Shown here: positions 45,501-55,920 of the stretch, in pieces
How the letters are laid out: each line of letters opens with the position of its first letter
How positions within the stretch are numbered: position 1 is the first letter of the stretch
Assembly: GCA_977017575.1 (NCBI GenBank)
Contig: CDRNVI010000047.1
Location: forward strand, 186,001-250,000
Direction of reading: 5' to 3'
Source of the DNA: Paramoeba atlantica
Taxonomy: Eukaryota; Protista; Discosea
DNA length: 64,000 bases
Translations under genes and position numbers: made by a program
The notes under the pieces: model-generated
Database searches by the model: none
The model's input: only the letters and a program-made list of their open reading frames with translations
What the model was told of the DNA's origin: nothing

Positions 45501-47395
45501 TTTCCGTTCTGTACCTCTTCACCACACCGGGGCGTTTGATGCGACCCATCCAACACCTCCCCACCGGAGACAAGCTTCACATCGGGGTATGGGAACAGAC
45601 CTATCTAAACATCGCCTCCGTCTATGCCGATCTCCACGACGCCCGCACGGAGGCCCACACCCACGACTACACCGAGCCCCGTCCCTCCACCCACCTCCTT
45701 AGTCTCACCGCGAGCGTCATCCCGTTCTTTGAACACAACTGTTCCCCGCGTAACCTGTTCCAATGTGGGATTACGAAACAATCCATTGGACCCGCACTCG
45801 CGACCACATCGTACCGCACCGACACCAAGTACTACCACATGGCCTCCACCCACCGCAGCCTCGTGCGTACCTCCGCCTTCGAGACCCACGGGGTAATGGA
45901 CCACAGCAGTGTGTGTCTGAACCCCGTGCTCGGGGTCATGTCCTACTCCGGACAGGACATGGAGGACGCGCTGGTGCTCAGCCAGAGTGCCACCCAGAGT
46001 GGGCTCTTTGCGGTCTACCAAACCCTTTGCCGGGAGGTGGTAGCCGCGGAGAAGGTACGCCTGGGGTCCTCGAATAACAATAATAAAACAGAGGGCGGGG
46101 GACCGCAAATCACCATGGTGTTTCATAATTTGGACCGGTTCAACCAATGTGTGTACCCCGGGGTACGGTTGGATGGGTTACCGGAGACACGCAAGGTGAC
46201 GTTGGATGGGATGGCCGCGGGGAGGAGGGGGGAACCACCGGTAGCTTCACCACCCTCCCTTGATGGGTCGGCTACGACTGCCCCCGGGGCTGCTAGGTCT
46301 TATTCTTCTTCTTCACACGCTGGGGCCCCGGTCTACGCCTCCCACACCCCTGTGTTTGTGATAGCACGAAAAATCCGTCACAGCGACGGCTCCGTGCGGT
46401 ATCTTGACCACAAAGTATTCCCGTGGTCCCATCTGGGAAAGGAGGAGTCTGGGTTTGTCCATGCCGCGGTCCCGACAGAGTTTGACGGCCCGGACCCTAC
46501 GAAATTTCTCCTCATCCTTCGTTTGTGTCGTCCCCCCGTCGTCGGGGATAAGTTCTGTAGTCGGCACGGACAAAAGGGTACGGTCGGGATGGTGATGCCA
46601 CGGGTTGATCTCCCGTTCACCGAGACCGGGGGTATGGTCCCGGATATTCTCATCAACCCTCATGCCTTCCCCAGCCGTATGGCGGTAGGGATGATGCTGG
46701 AGATGATTGCGGGTAAGGCCAGTGCGGTGGGCGGGTCGCTCACCGACGCCTCCCCTTGGGCCCTCACCTCGGATAAGCCACTTAGTGCGCTTAGACTTGG
46801 GGAGCGTCTTGGGGCGCTGGGATACGCCCGGGCCGGTACGGAGGTGTTCTACAACGGAATGACGGGGGAACCCATGGAGGTGGGGCTGTTTGTCGGGGTA
46901 GTGGGCTACCAAAGGTTGCGGCACATGGTCGCAGATAAGTGGCAAGTCCGTGGGCGTACGGATCACACTACCCACCGTGTGGTACAGCGCACCGGGCAAC
47001 CCGTCCACGGACGAAAGCGGCATGGTGGGGTGCGTGTCGGGGAGATGGAACGGGACGCGTTGTTAAGCCACGGGGCCGCGGCACTGGTTCGGGACCGGTT
47101 GCTGTACGCTTCGGACCACACCCGCGCATACGTGTGTCGCCGCTGTGGGGGGATGCTAGCACTGCAGGAGAGGGTATCGACACAACTTGGGACTTGGAAG
47201 GTGTGTATGTTTTGTGAGGCCCAGGCGGGGACGCGAGATGCGCTGGATGCGGCAGGTGAAGGTGAGGAGGGAGGGCCGGGGGCGCAGCCCACCCAAGAGG
47301 GGACGATTCCGTTGATAGATATCCCCCAGGTGCTGCGATTGTTAGTTATGGAGCTCGCGAGCGTGGGGATTCGCACCCGGTTGTATTTGGATTAA
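42527..47395 (+). CDS. RPA2: RNA polymerase I second-largest subunit
   Basis: GGYFVINGSEK, GDKFCSRHGQKG, PDILINPHAFPSRM, YQRLRHMVADKWQVR, GRKRHGGVRVGEMERD and C-terminal Zn CxxC motifs. First ATG at 42527 (1622 aa). Confidence 0.92.
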   Translation: MSSACDTSSQEDRAWQWIDLTLREQIESFDQILELEKTPKLDDFVISLRTRLSLPRGELPDRKRAVKYISPRKKEVPPIARELLDQIHSLQRDPDPHTLPISHKYNLLLQIQGSLQNLLLLQPQYASSGATSSPVDSSLNGILGDVDKSVSELCSLHTSMWDDALRHDLPRLITEHTQQGVMATQPLGKDGSTISVQCNRVAVGICHPSLETSACYVQSMTEKFRTVFSSLEKEQDHLRALQERYTTHVGTHVSVEKCDEVRQNLLHVTTTLQNVADLHQQWSDLTTAFEAKSNKIWFDAQHLYAWDADTYGRYEIPKHTRDPATVYEHLVTRRHTDWGQLVRTSETLYGSLLRVAAGYLAPARHVRLGTSYQEPLYWRIAFRFQLRRDSPLSSVPHAISVDLGIDAANDSERFFTSATVEHSERVVDSQGHRYPTELIPPSAFFWMKAGEVPTMVGSAHCVLTHMKALGIPWREAQHEPMLAGGYFVINGSEKILRLLSVPRSNTPLLTQRPGLCKHGDNFSEKAIQFRSKTRSGRVLPTFIHYLRSAEVVVSLPLGRKVQYVPFLLLLCALREVTHAGVFHILSAGITSEITVGRVEALLRHHLAQTYGQVLGALPHTMLLGRLIREAQTQHRRKFGNPLGATTLLPECEPSGAHAPPQHPDVWYGRYVLHRYLFPHLNSEDSFERELLPDPNEDVLARACAERERKFELLVHLLRQLYAFVDDTLPKDNLDLPSHQEVFTLGNLLSGVLESCVLRGLASGARNVAAVCSSPHLTHLRGRDRKTVLLPELSTILRTPLRGVLKPLSRIFTTGSYTPDRSLPTPVPQVMGLSVSCERLNFYRVAELLRGVHRGRHILEMRSTEVRRCRTESWGFYCVVHTPDGEACGVQNHLTLGARVSLSDSTSNGKPVEYDVGDAVQQLLREHLYPTELTPVWQRYEGMTTVMLDGALLGFVSTPSVTSCCEILRGEKRRRGSPLCHIEVVAVSLSATFSVLYLFTTPGRLMRPIQHLPTGDKLHIGVWEQTYLNIASVYADLHDARTEAHTHDYTEPRPSTHLLSLTASVIPFFEHNCSPRNLFQCGITKQSIGPALATTSYRTDTKYYHMASTHRSLVRTSAFETHGVMDHSSVCLNPVLGVMSYSGQDMEDALVLSQSATQSGLFAVYQTLCREVVAAEKVRLGSSNNNNKTEGGGPQITMVFHNLDRFNQCVYPGVRLDGLPETRKVTLDGMAAGRRGEPPVASPPSLDGSATTAPGAARSYSSSSHAGAPVYASHTPVFVIARKIRHSDGSVRYLDHKVFPWSHLGKEESGFVHAAVPTEFDGPDPTKFLLILRLCRPPVVGDKFCSRHGQKGTVGMVMPRVDLPFTETGGMVPDILINPHAFPSRMAVGMMLEMIAGKASAVGGSLTDASPWALTSDKPLSALRLGERLGALGYARAGTEVFYNGMTGEPMEVGLFVGVVGYQRLRHMVADKWQVRGRTDHTTHRVVQRTGQPVHGRKRHGGVRVGEMERDALLSHGAAALVRDRLLYASDHTRAYVCRRCGGMLALQERVSTQLGTWKVCMFCEAQAGTRDALDAAGEGEEGGPGAQPTQEGTIPLIDIPQVLRLLVMELASVGIRTRLYLD

Positions 47396-47615
47396 AGAGG
47401 TAAAAATAGAAATGCAAGTCGTGAATCTGTCGCGACAGATTTACATTCTTTCGGAGTAAAATCAACATTTTTTTCAGAGTACAGTAGCGTATACAATGGC
47501 GGCAAACACGAGCTTACTTACGCACGTATAAGATTTAGACAGCATTAACGAAAATGTACTTGTGATTTCAAATGAAAACTCTTAGCTTTTATAATTAATT
47601 TATCTCGTCTCCAAC

Positions 47616-48461
47616 ATGTACGTTCCCCCTCACCGTCGCGAGGAGCCTTCCTACGCCCCCAGTATATCCGATCCCTATCACCCTTCGGCCCTACCATCCC
47701 GTGGATACTCCAGCAGAGGCAACCCAGAATGGCGCGGGTCCCACCGAGGAGCTGGCATGCGCCCACCTGCCCACTCTCGTCGTGTGTTCCATGACGGCAG
47801 TCACACCTATGGGGGTCGCGATCGGCGCGCCCAGGAAGACGAGGCCGAAGTCTTGGAACTGTTTCGGACCACAGGAGTGTCCCAAGGAATTAACTTTCAA
47901 CAGTACGCTGCTATTCCTGTCCATACGACCCCTCCCGACGTCGAGCCCCCGATGGAGAACTTCGATGATGTGTCCTTTCCTCCCACCTTACGGGAGAACA
48001 TCCAGCGTTGTGCGTACCAAACTCCCACCCCAGTACAGCAATACACCATTCCGCTCGCTCTCGCAGGCCACGACGTGATGGCCTGTGCACAAACCGGGAG
48101 TGGAAAAACCGCCGCGTTTTTGCTACCCACCATCACGGCGTTGCTTCGTTCCCGTTCCGAGGGGGACACGCCTGCCCCCGTCCCATCCCCCCCCACCCCC
48201 TCCTCCGAGGTCCACGTTGTGCGACCCCACTGCGTCATCCTCGCCCCCACACGGGAGCTTGTCATCCAAATCCACATGGAGGCCCGCAAGTTCTGCTTCC
48301 GCACCCCCCTCCAGGTCGCCGTCGCCTACGGCGGCACCGACATCCACAACCAGCTCCGTTCCCTCCGCCGCGGCTCCGACCTCCTCGTCGCCGCCCCCGG
48401 CCGCCTGCTCGACTACCACCACCGCGCCTCCCTCGCCCTCGACGCCGTCCGTTTCCTCATC

Positions 48462-48497
<36 letters not shown>

Positions 48498-49511
48498 GAG
48501 CCCCAGATGCGCGCCCTCGTGGTGCACTCCGACATGCCCCTCCCGGAGCAGCGCCGCACGCTGATGTTCAGCGCCACCTTCCCGCGTGAGATCCAGGACC
48601 TCGCGAGACGCCTCCTGCGCCCCGCCTTCGTCCGCCTCACCGTCGGGCGCCTCGGTGCCACCACCGCGAGCATCGCCCAGCACCTGCTCGAGCTCGAGCC
48701 CCCGCAGAAGCTGGACCGCCTGTGTGAGGCCCTGCGGGGGGGGGTCTCGGCGTCGGAGCGCGCGCTGGTGTTCATCCAGCGCAAGAGGCACGTCGAGGGG
48801 GTGCGACGGGGGCTGCAGAGCCGGGGGCTGCCCGCGGTGAGTATTCACGGGGATAAGGGCCAGAGCGAGCGGGAGAGGGCGCTGGGGGCGTTTCGCTCCG
48901 GGGCCGTCCCGGTGTTGCTGGCGACGGATGTCGCGAGTCGGGGGTTGGATATCCCGCATGTGGGGCTGGTGGTGCAGTATGACCTCCCCAACACGATTGA
49001 GGACTATGTGCACCGAATTGGGCGTACCGGTCGTGTGGGGAATCAGGGCACGGCGTTGGGGTTTTTTACCCCAACGCAGGATGCGTCGCTGGCGGGGGAA
49101 CTCGCCACGGTGTTGCGTGAGGCGCAGCAAGAGGTGCCGCCGTTCCTGGCACGTCTCGTGGAGGCGAAGGCCGCGAGTCGGCGGTACGGTCGCCGGGGGA
49201 GTGGGGGAAGTAGGGGGGGTGGCTCTCCCACCGGGGAGGGATACGGTGCTTTTCCCCAGTCCCCACACCCGGGGCGGTATTACGGGGGAAAACCCTATGC
49301 TCCCCCGGTCTATGCCACGGGTACGCCAGGGTACGCTCCGAGTGGGGTATACTATGGCCCAGGGACTACCCGGGGCCCCGCATCGGGGTATGCGGAGCGT
49401 GCTGGGGAGTATGGCTACCGGGCCTACCCGCATGAAGCGAATCCAGCGCCCGGGTCTACCGCAGCGATGTACAGTGCCCAACCGTATTACCAATTTCCTT
49501 CACAGAACTAG
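47616..49511 (+). CDS. DEAD-box RNA helicase, DED1/DDX3-like
   Basis: Q motif, MACAQTGSGKTAAF, PTREL, DEADRMLDMGFEPQ, SAT and HRIGRTGRVG motifs; RG- and YG-rich tails. Confidence 0.9.
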
Positions 49512-49956
49512 TTGAGCACGGATGTGTTGCCGTTTACATCAGGCATGAGAATGTTCTCTCGGGTAGTTCATCTAAGATGACGGGTAATACAATTTCTCAT
49601 CTTAGTAGTCCTAGGTTCCCCTCAGTGCTTTTGCTTACTTCACTCGTATGTTTTGATTAGTAAAATTCGTAAACAGACCTTTTTTGATGGGCTTTCTGAA
49701 TTCACCGTTTACGACTTGCGGGTTGCTGTATTTGTGATAATGTACCTGTTTTTGGCGATGGAGAATAACGCATTTTTTAATGAACCATTAATGTAGAAGT
49801 GCCTTCGGCTTTATTTTGGCGAAATAATAAGGGAGCTCTCATCAGGGAAATATATTTTTAAAAATGAAGTATAAAAAGTTCTTTGACATTATGCATTTTA
49901 AAAACTAATGTTAGCGAGTTATGTCTTCTTGATGGCATATTTATTTTCTTAGCAAA

Positions 49957-50747
49957 ATGCTGCAACTCCCGTGTCCCTTATGTTGTTTCTATGTTTGTGA
50001 TTCGGAAGAGTGTCATGTTTCCTCGCCCCATGTTACGTCACCTCCACATCTGAAAACCGGCGCACGTGGAGCCAAAGTGCGTGGTGCTGTTCTTTCTGCA
50101 GAAATTGAGCTCACTCGTTTCATATCGAATATTACGAATACTCATGTCTCTTGGAGTGAGAACATTGACGGATGCACATGGAACGGTGTCAAATGCGATA
50201 GTGATTTGCGAGTGACAACACTGGACTGGAATTCTCTTGCTTTGGTTGGAACTTTCTTGTACCGCCATATGCCGTCTACAACAAAGTCTTTCGTCGCCTG
50301 GGGTATTACGGGGGAAATACCGCTGCAAGAGCTTCCGCCCGGTATTGATATAGAGATCAACCTCTCGACGAACTAAATGCTCGGTCCCCTTTTTCTGGAG
50401 ATGCTGTCTCGAGAGCTTATCGGTTTTTACGCTGCAAAGAATCATTTAAATGGGAAACTGGATCTCACTTTGCTTCCTAGTACACTGACTTCTCTCGTAC
50501 TTCCGTTAGATAAGTTTACAGGGGGTGTGGACTTGCGTTCTCTTCCTGTGGGTCTTCGGTATCTTCAGCTCAACAGCAATCAGCTTAGTGGTGATCTTTA
50601 TCTTAATTCACTACCAGATTCACTTGAAGTACTCTATATATCAATAATAATCAATTCACGGGAGTTCTTGATGAGCGTCTCCTGCCTTCCAGTCTGAAAT
50701 TTCCTTTGTTTAGTAAAAATCAATTTTCAAAGATTATCCCAAGATAA
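49957..50747 (+). pseudogene. LRR family protein 5 (TAA at 50374-76 plus a frameshift at ~50645)
   Basis: AKVRGAVLSAEIELTRFI leader and CTWNGVKC cap. LRRs continue after the stop, and the alternative frame ISNNQFTGVLD continues to 50747. Confidence 0.8.
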
Positions 50748-51010
50748 TGCAAAACGGTTCTATCGCTAATAAACGGGACCCGGGATAATACCCCTGTAGC
50801 ATTGTAACATACCGCGGGTATGTTATCGTCCCCTCTGGATTTCAGAGATTTTGAGTCAAATCTTCCGACTTTTTTTGTAGCTATTGCATACGTTTCGCAT
50901 TTCTTCCTCTTTTCGCATCTTGAGATTTTGTTGAACGTATTTTACATGTGCTTTGTGACATAGCGTTTCGTTATTTCTATTTTTATTTCGTCACCGTGAT
51001 TCAACTGTTC

Positions 51011-51631
51011 ATGAAATTTTCCTTGTATTGTTTTGCAGACGCTCCCCATAGCGAAAAGAACCGACGGCTTGGAAAAGTACATGCTACGACTCTTCCGTTA
51101 GAGTATGAACTTGCCCGTTTTATTGAGGAAGTCGAAAACTCGCCCCCATCATGGAGAGCAGACAATCCTGCAGATCAATGGCGAGGAGTTACGACACCTG
51201 GTGAGAACTGTGTTTCGGAACGACCCGACGAAGGTGTTTCCTTAATGTGGGGTAGTTTAAAGCTTCGAGGTTCTCTTTGCTGGAAGTTTCTGCCGTGCGG
51301 CGTCAATCAGATCTACATAAACCGCAATAAACTGACGGGAGAAATCGATTTAGGGATGTTGCCTTCAAAAATGATGTACCTCAGCGCCGCCGACAATCTT
51401 TTTTGTGGATCTCTTAACTTGACACAGCTCCCTTCAACGCTTAAATATTTATATCTCAACGAGAACAAATTTGAGGGTGAAGTGTGTTTTTCAACGCTTC
51501 CCACATCATTAGCAGTTTTGGATCTTTCAGAAAATGAAGGTCTCGTTGGCAAAGTTTCCCATCCCGAGTTACCACCGGCGTTAAAGCGTCTTGGAGTGGG
51601 AGGTACTCAAATACAATACTTAAAGGCATGA
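51011..51631 (+). CDS. LRR family protein 6
   Basis: GKVHATTLPLEYELARFI leader, WRGV cap and LRRs; first ATG at 51011. Confidence 0.8.
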   Translation: MKFSLYCFADAPHSEKNRRLGKVHATTLPLEYELARFIEEVENSPPSWRADNPADQWRGVTTPGENCVSERPDEGVSLMWGSLKLRGSLCWKFLPCGVNQIYINRNKLTGEIDLGMLPSKMMYLSAADNLFCGSLNLTQLPSTLKYLYLNENKFEGEVCFSTLPTSLAVLDLSENEGLVGKVSHPELPPALKRLGVGGTQIQYLKA

Positions 51632-51748
51632 TACATAATGAAGAAAAATATACTATTTTTGTTGACATTGGTCTACATTTTTTTCAGAAAAAATGATAGG
51701 TCACTCTGATTTCTACCCTGTTGTACTTGTAGTCCCCTGTTGTACATA

Positions 51749-51929
51749 CTGTCCCCCCTCCCCTTAAGCGAACCCGGTCAGACCCTCCCCCGTTTAAGCG
51801 CACACAGAGTTAAGGTACAGACTCCGGCGCCGCGAAGCGTCGCCAATTTTTTTTTATGTAGTGATTCAGCCCCCCCCGTTTAAGCGCACTTTTCATGGAA
51901 AACGAGGTGCGCTTAAACGGGGGGGACAG
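51749..51929. mobile_element. MITE, CTGT termini
   Basis: TA-CTGTCCCCCC..TTAAGCG / CGCTTAAACGGGGGGGACAG-TA; internal CGCCGCGAAGCG motif. Confidence 0.75.
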
Positions 51930-52105
51930 TACTATTTTTACCGTGGTTACCGTGTACCGTGGTTACCACGCGTAGTATTGCTCAAGTCACCATGTTATAA
52001 AGTTTACTTTCACTTTCGTTCCAAAATTTGGGACTTTCATCACGACGTGGCTATAACTTTTGTTGGAAAAAGCAAAGTCAACTTTCTAGCTATGTTGTTT
52101 TAATC

Positions 52106-55100
52106 ATGTATCTTCTGCTGGCGACTTTGATCCAAACAATTTTTCTTTGCAGTTGTGTTTATCCCCATCGAAGTTCAAAAGAAACAGACTTTTCCAATGT
52201 TAACAACCAAGTATTATCTGGCCAGAAATCGCGGCGGATTCCGATTAACGTTTGGAGTTTCCATGACTCTGACCTTGCATTTCATGAGTCGAAGCGTGCA
52301 CAGTCACGTAAGAGCCATAGCGAACGGATTCTCCAGTCGTATTTCGGATCTCCGAAACACACGAACGCACAAAGAAGAACGGGCGAAGCAGCGCGAATCT
52401 CGGCCACGCCAAACAGCACTGAAAGTCGGAAAAAACGGGAGCTGTGCAGTTTTAATGCAGGAAAAATTCGACGACAACTGATCGAGAATAGCACAAGCAT
52501 ATCTCACGTCGAAGGTTACTGCGGGTGGGAAAACTATCTTGGTATAGTACGTATTTATTACCCCTGTAATAACGAGTGCAAAAGACGAGACCCAATGAGC
52601 GAGACGTACCAAAGCAAACTTGAGAATCTCAAGTTGGATTCTTTGGCACATACGAACCCACTTCCCATGACATGCGATTCGGGCTCTCCTGGCCTAGTTC
52701 GACCCTGTTTACCTTGCCCCTCCCTACCTTCCTCGGGGGCGTTTTGTACGCTATACCGCCCAAAGCCCCAGGGAGTGTCCATGACGCGAGAGGTACAAAA
52801 CAACGTTCATGTTCCCGGGACTTGTGCACCACAACTTGTACAGTGTGTCTCCCCGTGTGAGTATCCCGTCAGCGGTTCCCCCGTGCCGGTGTGTCGCACC
52901 GTGTCGGGGCACCTCCCTAGTGAGGACAGCTTCCCTGCGGAAGAGTGCTTTCCCTGTGGCCTGGCCGGGGATGTCCCGAACAAAGTCCGCAGCACTCTCG
53001 GGAGTGCATGGGAGGAAGAGGGGCTTCCAGTCTACCGTGCGTCGCTGGACCCCGCCTCGATGCAACTACGTAAGCAGATTACACGCTACTTGGGTGTCTC
53101 TCGCATCCGAAACACTTCCCACTCTAGCAGTGCAGTAGCCTCTCCCTCAGCTCCTGTATTGCCCCATCCGAGAAATCACAGCGAAGGTTTACCCTCCGAG
53201 ATTGTCCCCACAGCCCCTCTCCCCGACGCGGACACCACCGAATTGTATTTCACCCCCTCCGACACACATATTCCTCACCCACTCCCCGAAACCTCCCTAC
53301 CCCGTCACTCCCCCATCTCCCTCAAAGGCAGCAGTGCCCACTACCTCAACTCCTCCCCACGTTCCTCCACCCCCTCCCCCCTTTCCTCCCCTCCCCACCC
53401 CCTCTCCCAACCCCTTCCCACCTACTGGGATGAACCCTCCCGTACCCCCCCTCCTCCCACCTCCTACTGTGCCCTTGGACTGGACGGACTCTACGCGGCA
53501 TGTATTGGCCATTGCCGCATCCACCATCCCACCAATTCGTTTAACGGGTCTCTTTCCGATTCGCCCAACCGTTCAGGTTCTCTCACCAGTGCCTCCTCTA
53601 CCCCTATGGGCGATTCCCCTACGCCTGTCTCCACCCCCTTTGCCTCTCCCCCTCCCTCTCCCCCTCCCCCCACCTGTCTCTGGGGTCCCCTCCCCCACGG
53701 CCACGGCTACCTCCCCTGTCTCCCCTGTCCCTTCCAACACAACCCTGCGGTCCCCTCCTGTGCCTCGACCCATTCCCCCTTCTCTTCCTCTTCCTCCTCT
53801 TCTTCTTCCTCCTCTTCCCCTCTCTACGCCTCTCCGTTCTCTCACAGCTCTCTCTACGCCTCTTCTTCCTCTTCTTCCTCTTCTCACTCGCCTGTGTCTC
53901 CCCTACGCTGTGTCTCCGTGTGTGGGTACGGCCCCACGATGGAGTCCACACCGTACTGTGAGACCCGGCACGGGATGACCACAGAGCGGAAGGGGTGTGG
54001 GAGCTGCGTGAGGGAGAGGGGACCCAGGGGGTGGGGAGGGGAGAGGGGAGGGGAGAGGGGAGGGGAGGGGCCGGGTACGGTCGTGAGGACGGTGGGGGTG
54101 AGAGGGTACCTGTACCACGCGGATGGGATACGGCATGGGGTGTGGATTCCGGTGAGGAATCCGACGGTGGGGGAGGAGACCGCGGCGTGGTGGGGGGCGT
54201 TTCCGGGGGATTGGGAGGGGGGTGGGGAAAGGATGGTGGGGTTGTTATCGCCGTCGTCCTCATCATCGTCTTCGAATTTTCCCATGGCGGTTTCCGAACG
54301 TGTCCTGCCGGTGCTGCCTCGGAGTTGTGTGGCACTGGACAGAGCTGGGGAGCAGGATGATGTGCATCGGTACTATTGTGGCGCAGAGAGGGAAGGAGGG
54401 GGGTCTTTTCCCCGATCTTACCACTGTGTGAGTCCGTGTGAAGTACTGGTGCTCCCGGAGCAGCGTGAGGCGGCGGGGTTTCGGCAACACGTTTCGCGTA
54501 CCCTCGCGTTCGGGGAGCCCTCCTGTGTGTGTAGCGACGGGAAGCGACGTCTGTGTAACCGATGTCTGCATCAGGGAATCAAGGCACCAGCACAATCCGC
54601 AGCCCCGGTGTATAGTCTGTGGGATCTGTTTATCTTGCAGTGGGGTCGTTGGGGACGAAACCATACGTGTCTGAGCCCATGCATGTATCCGGATGTTGGG
54701 GGTTCCTTTCCCACTTGCGTGGTTTCGTATCGGTTGAGTGCATCGCTGCCACGGTGGACGTGGCACTTTGCAGAGTGCATACCCAATTACTACGCGAACC
54801 GTTTTGAAAACCCCAGAGCATCAAAGAGTAGCCCCTTGGACGAAAAACAAGAATACACCGCTCATGAGGCAGATTCACTCCCTGATGAACGCAAAACTAT
54901 TAAATCCGAAGATTCGGGGAAAGAAAAAGTAGCATTCGCTCACCTCGCCTCACGCCCCAGTCTCCAAGCACTGGACAACGCCTCCTACTGCGGCGTCTCC
55001 CCGCGTGGTGACACAACCTACTACACCCCTTGTCTCACCTCGTGTTCGGTTTCCCCTTTTTCTTCTTTCTCTTTTTTCCCTTCTTTTTCAACACCCCACC

Positions 55101-55702
55101 TCCTCTCCCGGGTACCCAACCCCGGAAACCCCACCTGTGTCACCACCTATGGGATTACCATGTCCTGTGTCCCCTGTGAGCCCACCTACCGTACCGATGC
55201 GATTGCCTATGTCGTGGGCGATGTCCCCTCCTCGGGGTCGGTCCTTACCCGAACCCTGGCCCTGGACTGGGGACTCCCGCTGCCTTCCTTTATGCTCCAC
55301 CCCGCGCTCTACGTGTGTCTCACCCCCTGTGTGTACCCCAGCGCGGGGTCGTGTCACCCGACATGTGAGATTCGACCTGCCAGTCGGTGGAGGACCGCAC
55401 GCAGGGGGCGTTGCTCCGCCCACGCGGGGAAGGTTTTACTCTACTCGCAAGAGGCGGGGTGCGTCGACCGGGATTCATCGGAAATTCCGACATTTGTGTA
55501 TAACACCGAGCGTGGCACATTCCAGCGTGTGCATCATGAGTTGTGGGATCGTGAGGAGACAGAGAGACAACGAAAGAAGGCGGAAATGGCCGCGCGTTGT
55601 TCTCCTGGAAAAGACACGGAGAGGCGTCGATCTCGTCATGGTGTGAAAAAGGAACTGGAAGCCAGCACGTATCTAATGAATTTTTTTGATAAGGAAGCGT
55701 AA
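52106..55702 (+). CDS. Putative secreted Cys-rich repeat protein with Ser/Pro/Thr inserts
   Basis: 1198 aa from an ATG at 52106; hydrophobic N-terminus MYLLLATLIQTIFLCSC; about 8 modules of type C..CxxxC..PxC..CxxC. Confidence 0.7.
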   Translation: MYLLLATLIQTIFLCSCVYPHRSSKETDFSNVNNQVLSGQKSRRIPINVWSFHDSDLAFHESKRAQSRKSHSERILQSYFGSPKHTNAQRRTGEAARISATPNSTESRKKRELCSFNAGKIRRQLIENSTSISHVEGYCGWENYLGIVRIYYPCNNECKRRDPMSETYQSKLENLKLDSLAHTNPLPMTCDSGSPGLVRPCLPCPSLPSSGAFCTLYRPKPQGVSMTREVQNNVHVPGTCAPQLVQCVSPCEYPVSGSPVPVCRTVSGHLPSEDSFPAEECFPCGLAGDVPNKVRSTLGSAWEEEGLPVYRASLDPASMQLRKQITRYLGVSRIRNTSHSSSAVASPSAPVLPHPRNHSEGLPSEIVPTAPLPDADTTELYFTPSDTHIPHPLPETSLPRHSPISLKGSSAHYLNSSPRSSTPSPLSSPPHPLSQPLPTYWDEPSRTPPPPTSYCALGLDGLYAACIGHCRIHHPTNSFNGSLSDSPNRSGSLTSASSTPMGDSPTPVSTPFASPPPSPPPPTCLWGPLPHGHGYLPCLPCPFQHNPAVPSCASTHSPFSSSSSSSSSSSSPLYASPFSHSSLYASSSSSSSSHSPVSPLRCVSVCGYGPTMESTPYCETRHGMTTERKGCGSCVRERGPRGWGGERGGERGGEGPGTVVRTVGVRGYLYHADGIRHGVWIPVRNPTVGEETAAWWGAFPGDWEGGGERMVGLLSPSSSSSSSNFPMAVSERVLPVLPRSCVALDRAGEQDDVHRYYCGAEREGGGSFPRSYHCVSPCEVLVLPEQREAAGFRQHVSRTLAFGEPSCVCSDGKRRLCNRCLHQGIKAPAQSAAPVYSLWDLFILQWGRWGRNHTCLSPCMYPDVGGSFPTCVVSYRLSASLPRWTWHFAECIPNYYANRFENPRASKSSPLDEKQEYTAHEADSLPDERKTIKSEDSGKEKVAFAHLASRPSLQALDNASYCGVSPRGDTTYYTPCLTSCSVSPFSSFSFFPSFSTPHLLSRVPNPGNPTCVTTYGITMSCVPCEPTYRTDAIAYVVGDVPSSGSVLTRTLALDWGLPLPSFMLHPALYVCLTPCVYPSAGSCHPTCEIRPASRWRTARRGRCSAHAGKVLLYSQEAGCVDRDSSEIPTFVYNTERGTFQRVHHELWDREETERQRKKAEMAARCSPGKDTERRRSRHGVKKELEASTYLMNFFDKEA

Positions 55703-55920
55703 TTTTAAAGACGTGGTACCAATCTGATGGCATAAATTTTCAGAAAGAGTGTAGCACGGAAGGTAGAAAATGAATGTACATACAGTGTATTTAAAACATG
55801 TATTTATGAAAAAATGTAAATTTCATGACATTTTACAGAGGCATGTTGTGGTCCGGTAAGAATAGCAATACCCGCTTTGCCCTTGTGATACCATTTATAT
55901 ACAAATTTTACATAATTTTA

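Noticed and set aside
40724-49515. Long Pro/Gly/Arg-rich overlapping and antisense ORFs over the FHA, RPA2 and DEAD genes (also 53202-55733 and 60783-62105)
   Set aside because: These are shadow ORFs caused by GC-rich, skewed codon usage that depletes stop codons.
50940-51040. Possible cis-intron upstream of LRR6 (TTTTGCAG acceptor)
   Set aside because: An in-frame ATG exists at 51011 and no upstream exon is evident. The AG is as well explained by trans-splicing or chance.
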